This document shows, piece by piece, positions 7,606 through 15,174 of a stretch of DNA of 25,562 nt (position 1 is its first letter; each line of letters starts with the position of its first letter). This stretch comes from Terriglobia bacterium (GTDB lineage Bacteria > Acidobacteriota > Terriglobia > Acidiferrales > UBA7541). The stretch covers positions 1 to 25,562 of the forward strand of contig JBGPXQ010000001.1 in assembly GCA_041492805.1 (NCBI GenBank). Direction: 5' to 3'. Position numbers and translations under genes: made by a program. The notes under the pieces are model-generated. The model was not told the DNA's origin, did no database searches, and saw nothing but the letters and a program-made list of their open reading frames with translations.

Positions 7606-9090
7606 ATGGCGAAGCTGGCACAAGATGCGGCGGGGATTCCGCCGGAGATCCTGGCGAGTTATGAGCCGGTCATCGGGCTCGAAGTGCACGTGCAACTGAA
7701 GACCGCGACCAAGGCCTTCTGTGCCTGCTCGGCCCGCTTCGGCGATCCGCCGAACACCAATACGTGTCCCGTATGCCTCGGCTTGCCCGGGGCGCTGCCG
7801 GTGCTGAACCGCCGCGCCGCCGAGCTGGGGATCCGCGCTGCCCTCGCGCTGCATTTGAACGTGCAAGAAAGCTCGCGCTTCGCCCGGAAAAACTATTTCT
7901 ATCCCGACCTGCCGAAGGGCTATCAGATTTCGATGTATGAATTGCCGCTTGCTACCGGCGGATGGCTCGAGATCGAGCACGACGGCCAAACCAAGCGGAT
8001 CGGCATCACGCGGCTGCATCTCGAGGACGACGCCGCAAAAAATCTGCACGAAGGATTTTCGGACTCGGCTGAAAAGAGCTATGTGGATTACAACCGTGGC
8101 GGCACACCGCTGGCTGAAATCGTTTCCGAACCTGACCTGCGCTCTCCGACCGAGGCCTACGCCTATCTGACAGCGCTCAAGCAGGTACTGCTCTATACCG
8201 AAGTGAGCGACTGCAACATGGAAGAAGGCTCGCTGCGCTGCGACGCCAACGTCAGCGTGCGCCGCCGCGGCGCCGAACAATTCGGCACAAAAGCAGAAGT
8301 GAAAAACCTCAATTCCTTCCGCTACCTGCAACGCGCACTCGAGTACGAGATCGAGCGTCAAATCTCGATGCTTGAATCCGGCGGCAAGATCGCGCAGGAA
8401 ACGCGTCTGTGGAATGTCGCGGCGGGACGCACGGAGCCGATGCGCTCGAAGGAATTTGCGCACGACTACCGCTATTTTCCCGAACCCGACTTGCTCCCGG
8501 TGCGGGTGAGCACCGCATGGCGTGACGAAATCGCTAGCACGATGCCCGAACTGCCGGAAGCGAAACGCAAACGATTCGTCCGCGATTTCAGAATTACTCC
8601 GTATGACGCCGAGGTGCTCACAGCGACGCGCGCGCTTGCCGATTACTTTGAAGGTGTGGTCCGCGCCGGCGCTCCAGCCAAGCCCGGCGCGAATTGGATC
8701 CAGGTCGAGTTGCTGCGCCAGTTGAACGACGCAGGAAAGGAAATCGCGGAAAGCCCTCTGTCGCCTGCCGGCCTTGCGGCGCTGGTCACCAAGGTCGAGA
8801 GCGGCGAAATTAACGCCGCAACGGGCAAGAAAGTGTTCGCGTGGATGTTTGAAACGGGGAAGCCCGCATCTGAGATCATCGCGGCCGAGGGCTTCAGCCA
8901 GATCAGCGATACGGGAGAGATTGAACGCTGGTGCCGCGAAGTGATCGAGAAAAATCCCGACAACGCGGCGAAATTCCGTGAAGGCAACGAAGGTGTTTTC
9001 AAGTTTTTCATCGGCCAGGTAATGCGCGCTTCACGCGGCCAGGCCAATCCTCAAACCGTGAACGATACGTTGAAACGCCTGCTCTCCTGA
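7606..9090 (+). CDS. gatB: Asp-tRNA(Asn)/Glu-tRNA(Gln) amidotransferase subunit B
   Basis: YEPVIGLEVHVQLKT, CPVCLGLPGALPVLN, RKNYFYPDLPKGYQISMY, LHLEDDAAK, VDYNRGGTPLAEIVSEPD, GSLRCDANVSVR, KEFAHDYRYFPEPDL. Confidence 0.97.
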   Translation: MAKLAQDAAGIPPEILASYEPVIGLEVHVQLKTATKAFCACSARFGDPPNTNTCPVCLGLPGALPVLNRRAAELGIRAALALHLNVQESSRFARKNYFYPDLPKGYQISMYELPLATGGWLEIEHDGQTKRIGITRLHLEDDAAKNLHEGFSDSAEKSYVDYNRGGTPLAEIVSEPDLRSPTEAYAYLTALKQVLLYTEVSDCNMEEGSLRCDANVSVRRRGAEQFGTKAEVKNLNSFRYLQRALEYEIERQISMLESGGKIAQETRLWNVAAGRTEPMRSKEFAHDYRYFPEPDLLPVRVSTAWRDEIASTMPELPEAKRKRFVRDFRITPYDAEVLTATRALADYFEGVVRAGAPAKPGANWIQVELLRQLNDAGKEIAESPLSPAGLAALVTKVESGEINAATGKKVFAWMFETGKPASEIIAAEGFSQISDTGEIERWCREVIEKNPDNAAKFREGNEGVFKFFIGQVMRASRGQANPQTVNDTLKRLLS

Positions 9091-9114
9091 GCATAAGGCC
9101 GAAGGAGCATTTCC

Positions 9115-9579
9115 ATGCTGAAGGAAGGTGATCCAGCACCGCCATTCCGCCTCAAGGCCGACGACGGCAGCGAGATCTCGCTGGCCGGCCTGCGCGGCAA
9201 GCATGTGGCGCTGTATTTTTATCCCAAGGCGAGCACGCCGGGATGCACGACCGAAGCCATCGAGTTTCGAGAAGTGAAGCAGCAATTCGACAGGCTCAAT
9301 GCCGTGATTCTCGGCTGCAGCGCCGATTCGGTGGAGGCGCAAGCGAAATTCAAGGCCAAGCAGAAGCTGAATTTTCCTCTGCTCAGCGATCCCGACTTCA
9401 CCGTCATCGAAGCTTACGGCGCGCGCCGCATGAAGAGTTTTCTTGGCAAATCGTTTCTCGGAATCGTGCGCAGCACAATCCTGATCGGCCCTGATGGAAA
9501 AGTGGAAAAAGTTTGGGAATCCGCCAAATCCAAGGGGCATGCCGCAGAAGTGGTGGAAGCGCTAAGAACCCTTCAGTAG
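9115..9579 (+). CDS. bcp: Peroxiredoxin, BCP/PrxQ type
   Basis: LYFYPKASTPGCTTEA..FR, LNFPLLSDPD, RSTILIGPDGKVEKVW. AAGGAG RBS. Confidence 0.93.
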   Translation: MLKEGDPAPPFRLKADDGSEISLAGLRGKHVALYFYPKASTPGCTTEAIEFREVKQQFDRLNAVILGCSADSVEAQAKFKAKQKLNFPLLSDPDFTVIEAYGARRMKSFLGKSFLGIVRSTILIGPDGKVEKVWESAKSKGHAAEVVEALRTLQ

Positions 9580-9600
9580 AGTCGCATCTCTTGTGCGTGG

Positions 9601-9661
9601 TTCCAGAGACCTCTGGAAGATATCATTCTTCGGTCCCGCCAAACGCGGAACCGAAGAATGA
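9601..9661. terminator. Tandem hairpins between convergent genes (probable bidirectional terminator or stabilizer)
   Basis: TTCCAGAG-AC-CTCTGGAA (9601-9618) and TCATTCTTCGGT...ACCGAAGAATGA (9623-9661, 12-bp perfect outer stem). No clear U-tract. Confidence 0.5.
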
Positions 9662-9684
9662 CGAAGACTTGCAGCACTCTTGAA

Positions 9685-10257
9685 CTACTTGACCGTCACG
9701 GCAGCTTTTGTCGCAAACTTGATTTTTGTTTCAGCGGGGAATTCGATGTCCTTTTTCCCGGTGGCCGCGGTTCCTGCAGTCCCGGCGCCGGCGCCAACGG
9801 CGGTGCCGATCGCCGCGCCTTTACCGCCACCGGCAATCGCACCGATGATCGCACCCGCGGCAGCTCCGCCTCCAATCCCGATGGCGTCGCGTTTTGCTTT
9901 GGACTTCTCGGTTTCTCCCCACAAGTCTGTCCGAACCGGAACCGTCTTGCCGTTCACAACCACGGAATCCAATCTGACGTAAAGCTTCGCCGGTGTGCTC
10001 AACCGGCCAGACGCTTGCACACTCGCCACGGACAATTTCGCCTTCGAGTCCTTCGGAATGGCCGTCTTGCCATTGACGACGACATTCTGCGAAATGCTGC
10101 CACTCAATACCTGGCCGGCTTTTGCGTCTTTGGAGCTCACTGACTGATCCAGCGTCACGTAAACCGCGGTATTAGCAGGCACGGTTTGTGCGAGAACTGG
10201 TATTGCGACCGCCACCATCACAGATGCTGCGACTACTGTCATCATCCACTTCTTCAT
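9685..10257 (-). CDS. Secreted protein with a VirB10/TrbI-like beta fold and a glycine-zipper hairpin
   Basis: ATG 10257 with GGAGG RBS; signal peptide MKKWMMTVVAASVMVAVAIPVLA; VPANTAVYVTLDQSVSS...AIPKDSK...LYVRLDSV; IGIGGGAAAGAIIGAIAGGGKGAAIG; DIEFPAET. Fold assignment is inference. Confidence 0.6.
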   Translation of the reverse strand: MKKWMMTVVAASVMVAVAIPVLAQTVPANTAVYVTLDQSVSSKDAKAGQVLSGSISQNVVVNGKTAIPKDSKAKLSVASVQASGRLSTPAKLYVRLDSVVVNGKTVPVRTDLWGETEKSKAKRDAIGIGGGAAAGAIIGAIAGGGKGAAIGTAVGAGAGTAGTAATGKKDIEFPAETKIKFATKAAVTVK

Positions 10258-10295
10258 ACTTTTTTCCTCCGATGTAAGCTTGGGCTGTGATCCTA

Positions 10296-10304
10296 ATTGT
10301 AGCA
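10296..10304 (-). promoter_or_regulatory. Extended -10 element for the secreted protein gene
   Basis: Minus-strand TGCTACAAT (TGn-TACAAT), about 40 nt upstream of the start codon. Confidence 0.45.
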
Positions 10305-10334
10305 GTACAAGTTTGCAGGATTGAGGCGCGCAGC

Positions 10335-11207
10335 TCAAAGAGTTGCTAGGAATGCACCATCGTGCTCTTCGATCAGGAGGTTATCGATCAGACGAGTTGT
10401 GCCGAACCGCGCGGCCAGCAGTGCGAGGCAGGTACGGCGCAATCGCGTCACCGGCTCGAGTGTTTCCGCGTCCACCAGCTCCACATAATCCAGCTGCGCC
10501 AGCGGCTCGCCTCTGATGATCTCGCGCATCGCGGCGGTGAGCCGGAGTGCGTCGCGCTCGCCACGTTCGATTGCGCGTCGCGCACCATCGAGCGCGCGGT
10601 GAAGCACCGTCGCGGCCCGCCTCTCGCCGGGATTGAGGTACGCATTGCGCGACGCCATCGCCAGGCCGTCCGGCTCTCGCACGATGGGACACACGATAAT
10701 TTCGGAGTCCAGATGCAAATCGCGCGCCATCTGCCGGACCAACCGCGCTTGTTGCGCGTCCTTGCGGCCGAAAAATGCCTTCTGCGGCTGCACGATCTCG
10801 AGCAATTTCAGTACGACCGTCGTGACGCCGCGAAAATGCCCGGGCCGCACGCGCCCTTCCAGCCGATCGGAGAGCCCGTCCACGTTTACCCAAGTGCGAA
10901 ATCCCTGCGGATACATCTCCCCGGCATCGGGGGCAAATAGATAGCCGACGCCCGCTTCTTCGAGGCGCATGCGGTCTGCTTCGAGCGTGTGGGGATATTT
11001 CTGGAAGTCTTCGCCGGCACCGAACTGCGCGGGATTCACAAAAATGGAAGCGATGATGGGACGGCAGTCGGCCATCGCCGCGCGCACGAGCGACATGTGA
11101 CCCTCGTGCAGCGCGCCCATCGTGGGCACGAAGCCAACCGGACGCCCTTCGGCGCGCGCCTGGCGCGCCACCTGCTTCATCCATTCTATGGTGTGGATCG
11201 TCTCCAA
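10335..11207 (-). CDS. panC: Pantoate--beta-alanine ligase
   Basis: GFVPTMGALHEGHMSLV, SIFVNPAQFG, RPGHFRGVTTVVLKL, FFGRKDAQQ, REPDGLAMASRNAYL, RLIDN. Probable TTG start at 11207. Confidence 0.96.
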   Translation of the reverse strand: METIHTIEWMKQVARQARAEGRPVGFVPTMGALHEGHMSLVRAAMADCRPIIASIFVNPAQFGAGEDFQKYPHTLEADRMRLEEAGVGYLFAPDAGEMYPQGFRTWVNVDGLSDRLEGRVRPGHFRGVTTVVLKLLEIVQPQKAFFGRKDAQQARLVRQMARDLHLDSEIIVCPIVREPDGLAMASRNAYLNPGERRAATVLHRALDGARRAIERGERDALRLTAAMREIIRGEPLAQLDYVELVDAETLEPVTRLRRTCLALLAARFGTTRLIDNLLIEEHDGAFLATL

Positions 11208-11230
11208 CTTATTTGTGGTGTTTGAGGGAT

Positions 11231-11743
11231 TCACGCGCTCGCCGCGGCGGCTTGTTCGCGATAGAACGCGATCAGGTCTGTCGAGACTGCCTTCGCGCCC
11301 AATTGCCGCAACAGTGTGACGACCTGCCCCCGGTGATACGAGGCGTGGTTCGAGAGTTGGTGCAAGGTCTGCCACAGCGGGTTCGAAAATTCTTCACCTG
11401 CGACGTTCTTGTAATGGATCACGCGCTCCAAGTCCGATGGCGTGAGCTTCGTCACGTAATCTAGATAATAGCGATCCATTTCTTCCAGCTTCGCACGCAT
11501 GGCCGCAAGATTTGGAAACGCGGTCCCAGTGGGGAGACCGGAAGGCGAGCGGCCGGAGATGCGCTCATTCCATATCCATTCAGCGCCATACAGGTGCGCG
11601 AGCGTGTCCCGCACGGACCGGAAACTCGAGCCCAGGTCACGCGTGAATTGTTCGTTCGTGAGCGCGGAGCAAGTGTCGAGCGTCCGGCGGTCGGCCCACT
11701 GGTTGTACTGGAACAACAGATGTAGCACCTCAGGTGTCAACAT
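11231..11743 (-). CDS. DinB family protein (DinB/YfiT-like four-helix bundle, His metal triad)
   Basis: FQYNQWADRR, SSFRSVRDTLAHLYGAEWIW, NHASYHRGQVVTLLRQLG. GGGAGGA RBS. Confidence 0.88.
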   Translation of the reverse strand: MLTPEVLHLLFQYNQWADRRTLDTCSALTNEQFTRDLGSSFRSVRDTLAHLYGAEWIWNERISGRSPSGLPTGTAFPNLAAMRAKLEEMDRYYLDYVTKLTPSDLERVIHYKNVAGEEFSNPLWQTLHQLSNHASYHRGQVVTLLRQLGAKAVSTDLIAFYREQAAAASA

Positions 11744-11791
11744 GAAAGTCCTCCCACGGAGATTCTAGCGCATGTCGCCGGATGCGCGCAG

Positions 11792-12679
11792 TTAGAGGCG
11801 GCGCGGAGACGGCGCGGCGCGATGTTCCACAGGGAGGTGGTAAGACTCCTCGTCCGAAGGGAAGCGTCCCTGCTGAACGTCGCGGCAATATTCGGCGGCC
11901 GCGCGGGAGATCATTTCTCCAACATCCGCGTAGCGCCGCACGAATTTCGGTGTGTGGCCGAAGCTCAGGCCCAGCAGATCGTTGATCACCAGAACCTGGC
12001 CGTCGCAATCCGGTCCCGCACCAATGCCGATCGTGGGAATTCGCAGCTCGGCTGTAATTCGTGCTGCGAGTTCCCGCGGAATCGATTCCAGAACGATGGC
12101 AAACGCGCCCGCCGCTTCCACTGCTCGCGCATCACGCAACAGTTGGTCGCCCGCTTCTTCCGTCTTGCCCTGCACACGGAAGCCTCCGAACGCGTTGACC
12201 GACTGCGGCGTCAGACCGATGTGCCCCATGACGGGAATTTCCGCTTCCACCAGTCGCGCGATCAGCTCCATGCGCCGCTCGCCGCCCTCGATCTTGACGG
12301 CTTCCGCACCGGCTTCCTTCACGAAGCGAACGGCGTGGCGCACGGCTTCCATGGGGTCATCGTGGTAACTCCCATAAGGCATGTCCGCCACGAGCAAAGC
12401 GCGCTGCGTGCCGCGCCGCACCGCGCGCGTGTGGTGCAGCATTTCTTCGAGCGTGACCGGCAGCGTGCTTTCATACCCGAGCACAACCATGGCCAGCGAA
12501 TCGCCCACGAGCATAACGTCCACGCCGGCTTCATCAAGCAACCGCGCAGTCGGATAGTCATACGCCGTAAGGCACGTAATCTTAGCCTGCGAAGAATTCT
12601 GTGAGGAATGAGCAGACTTACGCTCAAGGATGCTCGGCACGGTAACCTTCCCGTTGCCGGCAGAAGGAACAACGCTCAT
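11792..12679 (-). CDS. panB: 3-methyl-2-oxobutanoate hydroxymethyltransferase
   Basis: ITCLTAYDY, MLVGDSLAMVVLGY, LLVADMPYGSY, AEAVKIEGG, VMGHIGLTPQS, IPTIGIGAG..CDGQVLV. GGAGG RBS. Confidence 0.97.
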   Translation of the reverse strand: MSVVPSAGNGKVTVPSILERKSAHSSQNSSQAKITCLTAYDYPTARLLDEAGVDVMLVGDSLAMVVLGYESTLPVTLEEMLHHTRAVRRGTQRALLVADMPYGSYHDDPMEAVRHAVRFVKEAGAEAVKIEGGERRMELIARLVEAEIPVMGHIGLTPQSVNAFGGFRVQGKTEEAGDQLLRDARAVEAAGAFAIVLESIPRELAARITAELRIPTIGIGAGPDCDGQVLVINDLLGLSFGHTPKFVRRYADVGEMISRAAAEYCRDVQQGRFPSDEESYHLPVEHRAAPSPRRL

Positions 12680-12949
12680 AACTGCCTCCGGTGCCGCTCC
12701 CTGATTTAAGGATACAGCCCACTATTTACAACTGTACCAGAACCACGCCCCACGAGCTAGGGGCAGATGGAAGTTCAGTTTACGTAGAATGATTGATAAT
12801 CGAAGGGCTATGCTCGGCGCGCCTTCCCGAGCTGCCCGGCGGGTATGCCCGCGGTACAGATGCCTGATTCGGCGCATTCCTATGGAGGTGCTGTGGATTT
12901 TTCGTGTCTGAGACGCTTACAATTAATAGTTCGGGGTTAGTCCCCAGCC

Positions 12950-13291
12950 ATGCCGACAGCCTGCAGCGAACACGGGTGTAAGGGACAGGTGCCGCAGTCG
13001 CTCGAACCTGCGCATCTCTGCCTGCTGCATTTCACGCTGCAGATCGAAAAGGCCTGTGCGGAAATGCGCCGCGAAACCGTTTACGGCAAGACGCCCCATG
13101 CGCGCCAGGTGGAGATTATTCACTTCATCGCGGAGCATGGTGAAATGCTAGCGCGTGCGTCGACCAGCGGTTTGCATCTGGCCGACGAAATGAAGGCACG
13201 CATCCTCAATACGTTCCTCACGCTCATGAACCTGCGCGAAAATCTCGACCGCGCCGCCCTCCGCCAACCCATCGGCCGCACCAGCGGGTAG
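12950..13291 (+). CDS. Hypothetical protein with an N-terminal C-x4-C / C-x2-H cluster and helical C-terminus
   Basis: 113-aa ORF filling the gap between panB and the hemerythrin gene. CSEHGC...HLCLLHF; TACAAT -10-like element at 12918. Confidence 0.65.
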   Translation: MPTACSEHGCKGQVPQSLEPAHLCLLHFTLQIEKACAEMRRETVYGKTPHARQVEIIHFIAEHGEMLARASTSGLHLADEMKARILNTFLTLMNLRENLDRAALRQPIGRTSG

Positions 13292-13333
13292 TGACTCCAG
13301 TAATCAAACGCCCTCTGAGGTAACATGATTCCC

Positions 13334-13401
13334 GCAACAATTGTTTGGCGGGCTCCACGCTTCACTTGAAGCGTTCAGCGTAAAAGTAGAGCCCGCACCC
13401 G
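13334..13401 (+). repeat. Leader element copy A (upstream of the hemerythrin gene)
   Basis: GCAACAAT-TGTT-TGGCGGGCTCC-[32 nt]-GAGCCCGCACCCG; matches 15013-15053 on the minus strand. Confidence 0.85.
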
Positions 13402-13423
13402 TTCTTGTTGCGGAGGTTTTTGC

Positions 13424-13915
13424 GTGAAGCGCCATCCGAGCTTGCACCCGTTGAGCCAGCACCATCACTTTGCCCTGATTCAAGCCCTTGAGATGCGACG
13501 CGCATCCGAAGCTCCGAAGGAGAAACGCCATGCGGCGGTCGAGCGGCAGGCGGAAAAATTCGTCGCGTTCTGGCACAAGACCGGCATCGTTCATTTTCGC
13601 GAAGAGGAAGAAGTCCTGCTCCCCGCCTATGCGCGCCACACGCGGCTCGATCAGGACGCTGGAGTCATGCGCCTGCTCGCCGATCATGCGGAGATTCGCA
13701 GTGTCGTGCAGGATTTTGAGCAGCGGGGCGCGAAGAAACTACCGATCGAGGTTGAGGCGATGGCCCGCCTCGCGAAGCTTCTCCACGATCACGTGCGCTT
13801 GGAGGAAAACGACGTGTTTCCACGGATCGAGCGCGTGCTCGGCGAAGAACACCTGAACGCGATGGGCCGCGGGCTCACTCGCTTACATGCCAGGAAGGAA
13901 ATCTGCGACATTTGA
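13424..13915 (+). CDS. Hemerythrin/HHE cation-binding domain protein
   Basis: HPLSQHHH, HFREEEEVLLP, DHAEI, HDHVRLEENDVFP. GGAGG RBS at 13412. Confidence 0.85.
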   Translation: MKRHPSLHPLSQHHHFALIQALEMRRASEAPKEKRHAAVERQAEKFVAFWHKTGIVHFREEEEVLLPAYARHTRLDQDAGVMRLLADHAEIRSVVQDFEQRGAKKLPIEVEAMARLAKLLHDHVRLEENDVFPRIERVLGEEHLNAMGRGLTRLHARKEICDI

Positions 13916-13945
13916 AACCTGGGGCGTGATGCTTCATGCGCCTGT

Positions 13946-14998
13946 TCAAGTACCAATGTAGCGCGCGTACAGCGACCTCGCGACGCTCGTGTCACGAGTT
14001 CCCTTGATGATGGCGCGGCCGTCGGCAAACACCGTCATTTCGTAGGGCGGCACGCGGAAGCGCAACAGAAAGCCATTTTCGCGCACCTCGGCAACGGTCG
14101 GCGCGAGGCGCCGGCCCAGCGCGGCAAGGTCGAGCTGCCGCCGACGCTCATGAATCTGCACCGAATCGCGTCCGCACATGGTCAGGCGAGGCTGCGCCTC
14201 ACCTTCCAAATAGCGGAAGTCGCGACGCACACAAGCGCGGCACTCGAGATTTCGTGCCACACGCACGGATTGAAACCGCCCGGACCAAACGTCAAAAGAA
14301 ACCAGACGCCCGCCTGCCGATTCCGTCTTGCCGAGGAGCAACTTGATCGCTTCAGCTGCTTCGATGGAGGCAATCACGCCGGCGGCAGCGCCGAGCACAC
14401 CGGCCGTATCGCAGGTGTTTTCGGCGCCCGCGGCTTGCGGCCCGTCATCTTTTCCGGATGGGTTGCCGGATTCCAAAGCGCATGCGAGGCAAGCCGTCTG
14501 GCCCGGCCGCACCGTGAGCGTCACACCGTAGCTCGCGACTACGGCAGCATAAATCCAAGGCACGTCCAGGCGGATCGCAGCGTCGTTCAGCAGAAATCGC
14601 GTTTCGAAGTTGTCGGTGCCGTCGAGAATGAGAGGAAAACCACACAATAACTCTTCGGCGTTTTTCGGTCCGAGGTCTGCCACGATGCCTTCGACCGCGA
14701 CCCCGGAATTGATTGCGCGCAGACGGCGTTCGGCTGCGACGGCTTTTGGCAGCGCCTCACGGGCATCGGATTCTTCGAATAGCGTTTGCCGCTGCAGGTT
14801 CGAAGGCTCGACGAAATCGCGGTCCACAATCCGCAGCTTACCGACGCCTGCGCGCACCAGCAGATTCGCCAGCGCCGTACCCAGCGCGCCGCATCCAACC
14901 AGCACAGCCGAGGATTCGAGCAGCCGCTCTTGTCCCCCCTCGCCGATTTCAGTGAAGAGGATCTGCCGCGAATACCGCTCGTAAAGTTTCGAATCCAT
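13946..14998 (-). CDS. ThiF/MoeB-family adenylyltransferase (E1-like) with a C-terminal extension
   Basis: RYSRQILF..IG..GQ, VGCGALG, DRDFVEPSNLQRQ, DGTDNFETRFLLND, CLAC and CRAC zinc motifs, TCDTAGVL. Start at ATG 14998. ThiF versus MoeB cannot be resolved. Confidence 0.92.
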   Translation of the reverse strand: MDSKLYERYSRQILFTEIGEGGQERLLESSAVLVGCGALGTALANLLVRAGVGKLRIVDRDFVEPSNLQRQTLFEESDAREALPKAVAAERRLRAINSGVAVEGIVADLGPKNAEELLCGFPLILDGTDNFETRFLLNDAAIRLDVPWIYAAVVASYGVTLTVRPGQTACLACALESGNPSGKDDGPQAAGAENTCDTAGVLGAAAGVIASIEAAEAIKLLLGKTESAGGRLVSFDVWSGRFQSVRVARNLECRACVRRDFRYLEGEAQPRLTMCGRDSVQIHERRRQLDLAALGRRLAPTVAEVRENGFLLRFRVPPYEMTVFADGRAIIKGTRDTSVARSLYARYIGT

Positions 14999-15012
14999 GT
15001 CGTCGCGCCGTT

Positions 15013-15053
15013 CGGGTGCGGGCTCCGCTTGGAGCCCGCCAGAATATTGTTGC
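15013..15053 (-). repeat. Leader element copy B (upstream of the ThiF/MoeB gene)
   Basis: Minus strand GCAACAAT-ATTC-TGGCGGGCTCC-AAGCG-GAGCCCGCACCCG. Confidence 0.85.
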
Positions 15054-15174
15054 AACGCTCCATGATAGCGCCTGCGAAGCGCTCGGGGGGGAGTGAGTGA
15101 CATTTTCTACCCGCCAGGGAGATTTCGCGCCGGTCAGGCAACTCGGCTGTGCTACGCTAGTCTCGTTGTGAAAA

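Noticed and set aside
7447-8463. 338-aa antisense ORF over gatB, and similar long antisense ORFs (404-1375, 3443-4153, 11822-12604, 22003-22689)
   Set aside because: Shadow frames of high-GC genes with no recognisable motifs.
12773-12803. Possible LexA (GTTC-N7-GTTC) or Fur/FNR-like box near TAGAATGATTGATAATC
   Set aside because: Second LexA half-site is GTAG (2 of 4 mismatched). The Fur/FNR resemblance is partial and typical of any AT-rich patch.
12789-12911. 40-codon ORF MIDNRRAMLG... in the panB intergenic region
   Set aside because: No RBS, no motif, and it overlaps promoter-like elements.
13438-13452. GAGCTTGCACCCGTT inside the hemerythrin gene resembling the 3' arm of element A
   Set aside because: It could pair with the 5' arm via G-U, but it encodes the HPSLHPL segment and lacks the rest of the motif; insufficient support.
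15085-15091. G7 tract in the divergent moeB/tamA promoter region as a phase-variation site
   Set aside because: Too short to be distinctive in a high-GC genome.
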